A DNA stretch of 32,000 bases from Nostoc sp. PCC 7120 = FACHB-418 (GCF_000009705.1 NC_003272.1:3600001-3632000); one strand, 5' to 3'; shown: positions 1-7,853, counted from the first letter of the stretch. Program-made: numbers and translations. The notes: generated by a model not told the origin, from the letters alone.

Positions 1-624
1 GAAAGTGGAGCGATCGCCCAGTTACAATTACCAGAGAAGACAGAGTTAAGTTCCTTTAGTGCGATCGCCTGCGGCCCTGGTTTAACGAAAGATGCTACAT
101 CTATTGTGGAAGAAGTCTTAGCAAGCGATCGCCCTTTAGTTCTCGATGCCGATGGTTTAAATATTTTGGCACAGTTGGGGACAATACCCACACTGCAACA
201 GCGCCCAGCAGTAACAGTACTCACACCCCACACAGGCGAATTTCAACGATTGTTTCCTGATGTTGCTGATGCTAAACATGATCGAGTCAAAGCCGTGCAG
301 GAAGCAGCCACCCAAAGCGGTGCGGTGGTATTGTTAAAAGGAGCGAGAACTGCGATCGCCAATCCTCAAGGTTCAGTATGGATTAATCCCGAAAGTACGC
401 CGGCTTTAGCTCGTGGTGGTAGTGGCGATGTGTTAACGGGGTTATTGGGTGGATTGTTGGCACAAGTGGCAAATAAAGAAATACCTGTAGAAGATATTGT
501 GGCTACGGCTGCATGGTGGCACGGGCAAGCAGGTATTTTAGCCGCCAGTGAGCGCACAGAGTTAGGCGTGGACGCATTTACGTTGTCACAGTATTTGTTG
601 AAGGTGATTGTTGGTCGCTCTTAG
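1..624 (+). CDS. nnr: NAD(P)H-hydrate dehydratase domain (C-terminal part of Nnr/YjeF); the 5' end lies outside the window
   Basis: Frame 1 is open from nt 1 into the track ORF at 106. The translation carries YjeF_C/carbohydrate-kinase signatures: LLKGARTAI, GGSGDVLTGLLGGLLAQ and WWHGQAG. Confidence 0.8.
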   Translation, partial: ESGAIAQLQLPEKTELSSFSAIACGPGLTKDATSIVEEVLASDRPLVLDADGLNILAQLGTIPTLQQRPAVTVLTPHTGEFQRLFPDVADAKHDRVKAVQEAATQSGAVVLLKGARTAIANPQGSVWINPESTPALARGGSGDVLTGLLGGLLAQVANKEIPVEDIVATAAWWHGQAGILAASERTELGVDAFTLSQYLLKVIVGRS

Positions 625-665
625 GCTGCTCTAAACTTAAGATAATTAAACATTATATAAACACT

Positions 666-896
666 ATGAGCTATCGCAATATTATCACTATTGAACCAGA
701 TAAACGAGGTGGTAAGCCCTGTATTCGACGAATGCGAATTACAGTGTACGATGTTCTGGGGTGGTTAGCTGCTGGTATGTCCCATGCAGATATTTTAGAA
801 GATTTTCCTGAATTGACAGAGGAAGACATCAGAGCCTGTCTAGAATTTGCTGCTGATCGTGAACATCGTTTAGTTGCTTCAGTGGGTGATGCTTGA
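666..896 (+). CDS. DUF433-family small protein (antitoxin-like)
   Basis: 76 aa. The pattern IEPDKRGGKPCIRRMRITVYDVL...ILEDFPELTEEDIRACLEFAA is typical of DUF433. Its stop overlaps the start of the next ORF. Confidence 0.8.
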   Translation: MSYRNIITIEPDKRGGKPCIRRMRITVYDVLGWLAAGMSHADILEDFPELTEEDIRACLEFAADREHRLVASVGDA

Positions 897-1225
897 AGTT
901 ACTTTTTGATCAAAATTTGAGTCGCAAATTGGTGACAAGATTGGCGGACATATACCCTGGTTCTAGCCATGTTCAGTTTCATGGGTTGGCAGAGAAGACT
1001 GATACCGAAATATGGCAATTTGCTAGAACCAACGACTTTTGTATTGTGACTCAAGACGCAGATTTTGCTGAGAGAAGCCGCCTGTATGGTTCTCCGCCTA
1101 AAATTGTATGGTTACGCTGCGGCAATGTTCCAACTAATCAAATCGAAGTCTTAATTCGTTCTGGAGTAGAAGCAATTGAAGAGCTTTTAAATAACCCTAA
1201 TTTACATTGCTTAGAACTCTATTAG
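893..1225 (+). CDS. DUF5615-family PIN-like (Mut7-C-like) protein, the putative toxin partner of DUF433
   Basis: 110 aa. MKLLFDQNLSRKLV...IVTQDADF resembles DUF5615/PIN-like proteins. The TTG start sits in a 4-nt TTGA overlap with the upstream stop, which indicates translational coupling. Confidence 0.7.
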   Translation: MKLLFDQNLSRKLVTRLADIYPGSSHVQFHGLAEKTDTEIWQFARTNDFCIVTQDADFAERSRLYGSPPKIVWLRCGNVPTNQIEVLIRSGVEAIEELLNNPNLHCLELY

Positions 1226-1305
1226 TATAGATATGTTTTTCTCAAAAGTATCATGGTGGTAGCCGAGACTATTATGTGACTGATTAGCTATCATGAGCGA
1301 ATTTA

Positions 1306-2052
1306 TTATGATGCTTTCAAAGTTTTTATCGCACTAGCCTGAGATACTCTCTCAAGCCATATTTCCTTGTACAGGTTCATCTCTTGTGGAGTTATAATGA
1401 ATTCATTATAAGAACCATCGTTAATCAAATAAATTAACGCTGCTTGTTCAACAGGATATAGAGTTTCAATTGGGATATAGTAAGCTGCTAATTGAATAAT
1501 CTTATCCTGAATCCAATTTATGGAAACTTTGGGCTTTATAGAAGTTTTGAAGTCACTAAGGGTTAAAGTTTTTCTATAAAAACCTAAGTGGTCAATTTTA
1601 CCAAAATACCGATATTTGAAGCTTACAACAAATTGTTCTGATAGTATAGTTTCTCCAAAATTGGGCAACAATGTATTAAGAGATTGAAGATAATTTTGAT
1701 AAAGTTTGTCAACAGGTTTAGCTTTTTTTCCCATTAAGTGAGAATGAAGATAAGCATGAATAGCATTTCCTGCTTTAACTGCTTCATTTCTAATACGGTT
1801 AGCTTCTTGTTGCCCTACTCTAAGCATCCACTCACGAAGAGCTTCTTTAGAGCTTTCTTCTTGTGTTAGTTTCAGAATATTGCTGACGCTGCGAAGAGGA
1901 TTCTGTTTATTTGATTGTATACCTTGGGCTATATAGCAAGACTCGCCATTTAAAATTACTCTAGATAAAATAGGTAAATTAGATTCTTTATGGGTTAGGG
2001 GATAAAGTGTTCCATCAAAATGACGATGGTAGAGTGCTGCTTCTTTCAACAT
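1306..2052 (-). CDS. RecB/Cas4-like PD-(D/E)xK nuclease, candidate effector of the RT cassette
   Basis: 248 aa. The ordered motifs are GNAIHAYLH (aa 95-103), GKID (D154, nt 1591-1593), SDFKT (D167-x-K169, nt 1546-1554) and QLAAY (Q187-x3-Y191). There is no C-terminal Cys cluster. The start lies 36 nt downstream of the RT stop on the same strand. Confidence 0.6.
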   Translation of the reverse strand: MLKEAALYHRHFDGTLYPLTHKESNLPILSRVILNGESCYIAQGIQSNKQNPLRSVSNILKLTQEESSKEALREWMLRVGQQEANRIRNEAVKAGNAIHAYLHSHLMGKKAKPVDKLYQNYLQSLNTLLPNFGETILSEQFVVSFKYRYFGKIDHLGFYRKTLTLSDFKTSIKPKVSINWIQDKIIQLAAYYIPIETLYPVEQAALIYLINDGSYNEFIITPQEMNLYKEIWLERVSQASAIKTLKAS

Positions 2053-2088
2053 TATTCTTACAGTTATTGAATTGAACTGAATAAATAT

Positions 2089-3009
2089 TCAATTTTCATT
2101 TGTTTGAGTATTGTTAGCTTTATGAATCTGCTGTACCTGTGATTTTAAACCTTTCAACTTACTCATTAGATGAGCATAGGTGTCAGGATGGGTTTCTTTA
2201 GAGATTTGCTTGCGGATACTGTACATTTTTTTGTGCTGTCGATTAGGAATTTTTAAAACCCCTTTTTCAAAATCAAGGATCACGCCAGTTATTTTTCGCG
2301 AGTTTTTTCCAATATAATATTTTTCTTTCTTTGTATTACTACTTAATCCGTACCGATGAAATTTCTTTTTAATCTGCCAAATCAAATTACGGCTTACATA
2401 GTCTCCCGATATTGTTACATCGTCCATATAGACGGTAAGAATACAACCTGCATCCTCAACAATATTATTAATTTCCTCCCACATATCTATATGAGCAAAG
2501 TATGACAAAATTGGACTCAAGGGGCTTCCAGTTGGAAGATGTTCTTTATAGGTAGATAGTTTTGTTAAAATTGCCGCTACATCTGGAGAGCATTTCATCC
2601 GTGTGTGGAAAAACCAATAAACACGTTTTGATTTTGTGGATGGAAAGTATTTCACAATATCTAGACTGCTTATCACATAACTATTTAGATGAGCTTTTGC
2701 ATTACTAACATAAGAGCGTCCCTTTGTTGGTGCATGAATATATTTAGGTATTTCAATTCGCTTGAGAAGCCCTTCAATTCGCTTTTGAATAAGCTTTAAT
2801 TCATATTTTGGTTTTTCCACAAGACGAGATTTTTTTCGCCTTGGATGAATAATTTCTTTTTCTATATATAAACTTTCCGAGCGAGCCAATTGTATGAGCC
2901 TACTGCGGCTTACGCCTAATAAAGTTGCAAGTTTTGCTTTAGATTGCAAACAATAGAAAGGTGATTGGTCTAGTTTATAACCTATTTTTTTAATCCTCAG
3001 CACAGGCAT
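2089..3009 (-). CDS. Retron-type reverse transcriptase
   Basis: The layout is colinear with retron RTs as I remember them (for example Ec86): KPKYELKLIQKRI, SNAKAHLNSYVISSLDIVKYFPS (NAxxH...D..FFPS), LPTGSPLSPILS, the catalytic YMDD (nt 2419-2430) and RKITGVIL (VTG-like). I prefer the ATG at 3009 (MPVLRIKK) over the TTG at 3063. It overlaps the upstream HTH gene by 20 nt. Confidence 0.85.
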   Translation of the reverse strand: MPVLRIKKIGYKLDQSPFYCLQSKAKLATLLGVSRSRLIQLARSESLYIEKEIIHPRRKKSRLVEKPKYELKLIQKRIEGLLKRIEIPKYIHAPTKGRSYVSNAKAHLNSYVISSLDIVKYFPSTKSKRVYWFFHTRMKCSPDVAAILTKLSTYKEHLPTGSPLSPILSYFAHIDMWEEINNIVEDAGCILTVYMDDVTISGDYVSRNLIWQIKKKFHRYGLSSNTKKEKYYIGKNSRKITGVILDFEKGVLKIPNRQHKKMYSIRKQISKETHPDTYAHLMSKLKGLKSQVQQIHKANNTQTNEN

Positions 3010-3298
3010 TACCAGACCTTTCAGCAATAAAGTTGAGGATTGCAATAATCTTAGAAGATACAAAATTCCTCAATTTTTCCGTTTTTACATCCTTGTCTAA
3101 GTTTTCCGAAAAGAACATAATTGAGGATACGGGTATATCAAATAAACCAGAATAACGATTAAGTAAATCAAGGGTGGGAATTTTTTTACCTGATTCAATT
3201 TCCGAAAGATACGACTTGGATATTCCTAGTCTCTCTGCCATCTCCTTTTGAGATAAATCATGGAATACCCTCATCAACCTTAGAGCCTCATTCAACAT
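2990..3298 (-). CDS. XRE-family helix-turn-helix DNA-binding protein
   Basis: 102 aa. LSQKEMAERLGISKSYLSEIESGKKIPTLDLL is a classic Cro/C1 HTH. It is on the same strand as the RT and overlaps its start. Confidence 0.85.
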   Translation of the reverse strand: MLNEALRLMRVFHDLSQKEMAERLGISKSYLSEIESGKKIPTLDLLNRYSGLFDIPVSSIMFFSENLDKDVKTEKLRNFVSSKIIAILNFIAERSGNACAED

Positions 3299-3355
3299 AT
3301 TTAGTCTTCTTTGGCTAGAGGGTCTGTAATAGAGTTATATAAAAGAGTTAACAGT

Positions 3356-3517
3356 CTAGTCTTGCCACAAATCGATCAACCACTTCAAAATTTTGAAAAT
3401 GACTGGGCCAATTTGAAACAATAGACGAAGCGTTTGAGGTTTGCGGAGCCATTTTAGAAACCGCTCATAACGCTTTTTCGACTGTTCCTGCCGTTTGTCA
3501 GATTCTGAATAATTCAT
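3356..3517 (-). CDS. Possible 53-aa small protein with a basic N-terminus and a hydrophobic/amphipathic C-terminus (below the ORF-track cutoff)
   Basis: Hand translation gives MNYSESDKRQEQSKKRYERFLKWLRKPQTLRLLFQIGPVIFKILKWLIDLWQD. The ATG at 3517 is preceded by GGGAGAG about 7 nt upstream. It ends 57 nt upstream of the HTH gene on the same strand. Confidence 0.3.
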   Translation of the reverse strand: MNYSESDKRQEQSKKRYERFLKWLRKPQTLRLLFQIGPVIFKILKWLIDLWQD

Positions 3518-3530
3518 CAGAGACTCTCCC

Positions 3531-3848
3531 TATAAAGGTGTTTGCACTCACTTACAGGAAAGTAAATGAGTGTTGCCTCAAACAAACCCGGAGAACGGCA
3601 GTTTTAACCCTCTTTATACCGGCGCAGCCCTTTGCCAAGGCTGCGTTTGTATTGTGCTTTTTCAGTACCTTAATTCGTTAAAGATTTCAGTAGCATTAAT
3701 TACACTACAGATTTCTTTAAGTTCAGTACACAATAGATTACTACTGAGTAGCTAACGAAATTTGTTTACTGAGCAAAATACGGTAGAAGATGAAACATCT
3801 TCCTCAGATCGTAATGACGATCCAGTGAGTGGCAAATGTCTCCTTTAA
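3531..3848 (-). ncRNA. Candidate retron msr-msd-like structured RNA (leader of the RT cassette)
   Basis: A long-range imperfect inverted repeat pairs 3533-3538 with 3842-3847, 3541-3545 with 3832-3836, and 3546-3552 with 3824-3830, about 18 bp in total. On the minus strand GG follows the 5' arm directly. Local hairpins then follow at 3807-3822 (6 bp), 3786-3802 (7 bp), 3678-3720 (13 of 16 bp), 3622-3646 (8 bp, GC-rich) and 3545-3572 (10 of 11 bp). Confidence 0.3.
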
Positions 3849-3934
3849 CCTGACTGAACATAGTCTAACAGATATTTGTGAATTTTGTTCGCTACTAGCG
3901 AATATTTTTTAGAATCACTTTCACTCTTTGATCA

Positions 3935-4753
3935 CTACTTGCGTTCTTCCATGCCAAAAACGCGCCGGACAAGAGACTGTATCAAACTAGGAGTCAATTG
4001 ATAAGCTGCCTTCCAAAAGTTAGCTGAACCAACGACGACATCAGAACGCTTTTCTTTGACTGCACTCCAAATTGCTTTGGCTACGTCTTCTGGTTTTTCT
4101 AACACAGGCATTTGAATCGCCTTACCTACTAATTCAGTCCGCGCCTGAGCCATTTCCTCATCTTTACCACGAAAAATGGCTCGTTCCATAAGTTGGGTGC
4201 TGATGAAGCTGGGATAAATGCCGCTAACGTGAATGTTTTTAGGTGATAACTCTGCGTGTAGGGATTTTGTTAACCCTGTTATGGCGTATTTGCTGGCTGT
4301 GTAAGGCACATGATAAGGAATAGGTTCTAAACCACCAATAGAACTGACATTCACAATAGTTCCTGCACCACGCTGGAGAAAATGGGGCAATATGGCATGA
4401 ATGGTATGGATATAACCCCACAAATTAGTATCAATAATTTGATGCCAATCTTCTAAGCTGAAATTTTCCACAGAACCTAAACAAAAGATACCTGCATTAT
4501 TAATTAATACATCTACTTGACCAAAATGAGCGATCGCCTTTTGCATCATGTTATTGACTTGTGTAGCATCTTTCACATCGGTAGAAATGGCGATCGCTTG
4601 TTGTCCCATTTCCCGTATCTCCGTGGCGATCGCTTCTAAACGATCAAGTTGGCGAGCTGCCAGCACAACATTATAGTTGTGACGAGCAAATAATAATGCT
4701 GTGGCTTTGCCAATGCCTTGAGATGCGCCTGTGATAATTACTGTGTTAGTCAT
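3935..4753 (-). CDS. Short-chain dehydrogenase/reductase (SDR) family oxidoreductase
   Basis: Motifs are TGASQGIGKATA (TGxxxGxG), NNAG and the YTASK catalytic Y-x3-K. I prefer the start at MTNTVIITGAS (nt 4753) over the track start at 4816. Confidence 0.85.
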   Translation of the reverse strand: MTNTVIITGASQGIGKATALLFARHNYNVVLAARQLDRLEAIATEIREMGQQAIAISTDVKDATQVNNMMQKAIAHFGQVDVLINNAGIFCLGSVENFSLEDWHQIIDTNLWGYIHTIHAILPHFLQRGAGTIVNVSSIGGLEPIPYHVPYTASKYAITGLTKSLHAELSPKNIHVSGIYPSFISTQLMERAIFRGKDEEMAQARTELVGKAIQMPVLEKPEDVAKAIWSAVKEKRSDVVVGSANFWKAAYQLTPSLIQSLVRRVFGMEERK

Positions 4754-4982
4754 ATAGCTGTTGACTTGAGCTTCTACAATACACAAACACCTGAAAATGC
4801 TTGAATACAAATCCATGTAATACTATCTGAGTCTTTAATATCTCTTTCCATGTGTGTATCTTTTTGATTGATGAGCCACAAAGCCAATCACAGCCAGTTA
4901 AGCCTTAGGATTTTAGGCGAGGTAAGAAAAATAATCAGCCTGCAAGTACACAATCTCAAGTGCAACAAAGAATATACAACTA

Positions 4983-5011
4983 TTGACGAAATGATATTTG
5001 GTACATAATCT
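4983..5011 (+). promoter_or_regulatory. Candidate sigma70-type promoter for the 5059 gene
   Basis: TTGACG (4983-4988), a 17-nt spacer, then TAATCT (5006-5011), about 45 nt upstream of the ATG at 5059. Confidence 0.3.
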
Positions 5012-5058
5012 TGGAATCTGATGAATAACAGGTGTAAATTTATCTGCTTGTATTATTT

Positions 5059-5454
5059 ATGGGAATGATCTTATTCGTTGTCTTATGCGTTTGGGCAATC
5101 GTAAATTTTATAGGTTTATGCTCAGTTGTAATCTCATTCATTCGTTGTCGTACTGTAGCAGGATACCGAAATATTGCGATTATCGGAGCGGTTTTCATCC
5201 CAGCGATCCTTGTATTTTTAACTTTTTTGGATCTGTTAAAGAATAAACCCGTTCCTGGCCCAATCGCTACTTATATTCAGGCATTCGTAACTATCGTCTG
5301 GTCTAAAACTTATTTAATTTGTTTTTTGGGTGCTTGTGTAACTGCGGCAATTACCTTGTTGAAGCAAAATGCTATTCGTCGTTATTCAGCACTTGCTTGG
5401 GGTTTTCTGATTTCATCTGTTTCGGTTTGTGCATTTGTATTGATCAAATTTTGA
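5059..5454 (+). CDS. Hypothetical multi-pass membrane protein
   Basis: 131 aa with about four hydrophobic segments. I recognise no motif. Confidence 0.5.
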   Translation: MGMILFVVLCVWAIVNFIGLCSVVISFIRCRTVAGYRNIAIIGAVFIPAILVFLTFLDLLKNKPVPGPIATYIQAFVTIVWSKTYLICFLGACVTAAITLLKQNAIRRYSALAWGFLISSVSVCAFVLIKF

Positions 5455-5480
5455 TGGCAATGCTATTGCAGAGATTGGTA

Positions 5481-6809
5481 TTAACGAGATTCTTGGAGGT
5501 AAGGCAAATCTGCTGGACGATGCAGCACACTCATGGTTTTACTAGACAGGATTACACGAACGTGGCGATCGCTCCCTAAATAAGTATGTAGCCAAGTGAG
5601 TAACACTAGCAATCGACTGCGGTAGCCAGGCAGATAAACTAGATGAACTCCCAACCACATTAACCAAGCCAAGAAACCTGTAAACGCAAACGCGCCGATT
5701 TTCCCCACACCTGAATAACAACCAATAATTGCCAATCTACCTTTATTAAAATAACTAAAAGGCTTTGGTGATTTCCCTCGTATTTGCTGCTGAATATTGC
5801 GTGCTACCGCCACACCTTGCTGAAGCGCTTCCGGTGCAACCCCAGATAATGACTTACCGTTCTTTTCCACATAAGCCAAATCCCCAATTGCATATACATT
5901 GGGATGTTCCAACACTTGTAAGGTGGGATGAACAACAATTTTGCCCTTATGCGCCACAGGTAACTCCTCTGATACTCCGGGGAGGTTGGCTTCTAAACCC
6001 GCAGTCCAAATTACACTGGCACAGGGAATAATTTCCGCGTTGTCCAGGTGGACAAATCCCTCTGTAAGTTGACTGACTCTCGTTTGCAGGTAAACTTCAA
6101 CTCCTAGCTGATGCAATTTTTTGTAAGTGTAGTTTCCTAGCTTTTTTGGGAATTCGACTAATAAGCGATCGCCCGATTGCACTAAAATTATTTTCACTTC
6201 CCCAAAATCTATGGTGGGACAATCTCGACGCAAGCAGCCTCGCAGCATCTCTACCAAAGCACCCGCCATCTCCACCCCAGTTGCACCACCACCCACAATG
6301 GTAAAAGTTAGTAATTGTTGCCGTTTTGCTGCATCAGATTCTTGAATAGCTTGTTCAAAACAGGAAAAAATATGATTGCGTAGGGCAACAGCTTCTTCTA
6401 AACTTCTCATGGGAAAAGCGTATTCTTCAGCACCGTTAACGCCCCAAAACTGAGTCCGACTACCAGTCGCCAGCACCAGAAAGTCATAATCAATTGCACC
6501 CTTAGCTGTTTTGACAATTTGCCCAGAAAAATCAATCTGCTCAACCTCAGCCATGAGAAACTGAACCTGAGGCTTGTGATGTTGCCTTCTATAGTTAAAA
6601 GAGAAACGCCGTAAAATCGTCCGAATGGGGTAAGCAATGTATTCTGGTTCTATTTGCCCAGTGGCTACCTGATAAAGTAACGGGACAAAAGTGTGATAAT
6701 TGTGGCGATCGATTAGCAATACATCTGCACCAGAATGAGCTAAAGATTGGGCAGCTTGTAAACCACCAAATCCAGCACCAACAATAACAACGCGGCGATT
6801 CCTCATCAT
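5481..6809 (-). CDS. Type II NADH dehydrogenase (NDH-2), an FAD/NAD(P)-binding oxidoreductase
   Basis: It has an N-terminal VVIVGAGFGGLQAA dinucleotide fold, a second fold at TIVGGGATGVEMAG, and a C-terminal AIGD motif. The track start at 6836 is a TTG. The ATGATG at 6809 preceded by GAGGGG is more plausible. Confidence 0.85.
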   Translation of the reverse strand: MMRNRRVVIVGAGFGGLQAAQSLAHSGADVLLIDRHNYHTFVPLLYQVATGQIEPEYIAYPIRTILRRFSFNYRRQHHKPQVQFLMAEVEQIDFSGQIVKTAKGAIDYDFLVLATGSRTQFWGVNGAEEYAFPMRSLEEAVALRNHIFSCFEQAIQESDAAKRQQLLTFTIVGGGATGVEMAGALVEMLRGCLRRDCPTIDFGEVKIILVQSGDRLLVEFPKKLGNYTYKKLHQLGVEVYLQTRVSQLTEGFVHLDNAEIIPCASVIWTAGLEANLPGVSEELPVAHKGKIVVHPTLQVLEHPNVYAIGDLAYVEKNGKSLSGVAPEALQQGVAVARNIQQQIRGKSPKPFSYFNKGRLAIIGCYSGVGKIGAFAFTGFLAWLMWLGVHLVYLPGYRSRLLVLLTWLHTYLGSDRHVRVILSSKTMSVLHRPADLPYLQESR

Positions 6810-6989
6810 TCCCCTCTTGATTGAGTTGGCTGGCAAAACTCTTGAATATTAAGAAAATGTAATAAATTGATAATATAGCAATTATAAATAAGTTGTTAGA
6901 AAAAACACACCCTAGCCAGCATTATCATTGGTCACTCTACGGTGTACACATCCTTGATTTCTTTACAGAATATTTATATCCAAAAATAA

Positions 6990-7072
6990 AAATAAAGGGT
7001 ATGAGGATGTAAGTTTTGAAAACCATCACATCCTTATACCCTGTCAAAGCAAAGAGACTCGTTGCATAAATC
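6990..7072. repeat. Degenerate copy of the dispersed hairpin (MITE-like) family
   Basis: The hairpin GGGTATGAGGATGT...ACATCCTTATACCC followed by TGTCAAAGCAAAGAGACTCGTTGCATAAATCC is colinear with the element at 18604-18723. Confidence 0.35.
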
Positions 7073-7080
7073 CACAATAC

Positions 7081-7569
7081 CTATTTATTTTTCTCCAAAT
7101 AGATTTGAATATTAGTTTTGCCAACTAACTCGCCAGATAGCTGTTTAACATTTTTCAACTGAGTATTAAAAGTGAGAAATGTTTTTCCATTCTGTTTTAA
7201 TAATAAAGTGACGGTATTATTATTGTTAACTGTAGCGACTAATGTACCACTTTGCAAAACTATATCTTTGTTGGTCTTAACATCAGAACCCCAAAATTTC
7301 CAGCTTCCTTGTTTAACTGCTCCAGGTTGAGATGAAACATCTATCTCTACAACTGTTCTAACATCATCACCCTTACTACCTATTGATCCTTTCCAATTGC
7401 CTACAATAGAAGGTGCAGGACTAAACACTTTATTAATTTGATGATTCCCTTGTTTTGATATGGGAACGTTTGCCGAAACTTGATTATTATTACTCAAAAA
7501 TGTGATGCTGCTAATAATAGTTGTTGTTACTAAAGTTGCCAATGTCAAAGATTTAGTAGAGACTTGCAT
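7081..7569 (-). CDS. Hypothetical secreted protein
   Basis: 162 aa with an N-terminal hydrophobic signal-like segment (LTLATLVTTTIISSITFL). I recognise no domain. Confidence 0.5.
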   Translation of the reverse strand: MQVSTKSLTLATLVTTTIISSITFLSNNNQVSANVPISKQGNHQINKVFSPAPSIVGNWKGSIGSKGDDVRTVVEIDVSSQPGAVKQGSWKFWGSDVKTNKDIVLQSGTLVATVNNNNTVTLLLKQNGKTFLTFNTQLKNVKQLSGELVGKTNIQIYLEKNK

Positions 7570-7685
7570 ATCGATTCACTCCGTGAGTAAGTTTTTGTAA
7601 TTAACGTCTTCACTTACTTACTAGATCCGTTCGCAACTTTTTATGCAGTGATTAAAAATTCTGGGAGGGTATCGGGTGCATCTGG

Positions 7686-7797
7686 ATGGCTACGAATACG
7701 AAAAATCAATGGTTTGGACAAAGGTATAGGAATATAGGAGTATAAATGTTTCAAACCCTTACCCCCAGTTTCCACAGACAACCTGGGTACATTAGCT
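7686..7797. repeat. Second copy of the ~120-bp hairpin (MITE-like) family, with degenerate termini
   Basis: GGTTTGGACAAAGGTATAGGAATATAGGAGTATAAATGTTTCAAACCCTTACCCCCAGTTTCCACAGACAACCTGGGTAC aligns by eye, roughly 75% identical, with 18634-18715. Confidence 0.45.
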
Positions 7798-7853
7798 ATC
7801 TAACCCGTTAGCTATATATTGTCATCTGTGTAAATGTATAACTGAATTAGCTT

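Noticed and set aside
2089-3063. The RT as a group II intron or DGR reverse transcriptase
   Set aside because: It has no maturase (X) or endonuclease domains. I see no intron domain V/VI-like RNA flanking the ORF and no template/variable repeat pair. The motif set (NAxxH, VTG-like) and the ~306-aa size fit retron RTs.
3432-3601. Two 8-nt long-range inverted repeats (GTTTGAGG/CCTCAAAC and CTGCCGTT/AACGGCAG)
   Set aside because: The two pairings cross each other, and one arm of each lies inside the 53-codon ORF. About three such 8-mers are expected by chance in a 630-nt region.
3622-3646. A GC-rich hairpin followed by a T-rich tract on the plus strand, resembling a plus-strand terminator
   Set aside because: No plus-strand gene lies upstream for it to terminate. 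It is better read as part of the minus-strand structured leader.
3570-3755. A 61-aa plus-strand ORF in the RT-cassette leader
   Set aside because: It has no RBS and an alternative start codon. Its sequence is low in complexity and it overlaps the hairpin-rich region, so it is more likely non-coding.
1275-3905. Shared short words (TGACTGA, AGCGAAT) at both edges of the RT island, considered as possible att or target-site duplications
   Set aside because: They are only 7 nt long and differently spaced, which is what chance predicts. No integrase or transposase is present.
360-4539. The HIP1-free gap taken alone as proof that the RT cassette was horizontally acquired
   Set aside because: HIP1-free gaps of 3.5 kb (6173-9708) and 5.3 kb also occur elsewhere in the window. 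HIP1 absence is therefore supportive only in combination with the AT-richness and gene content.
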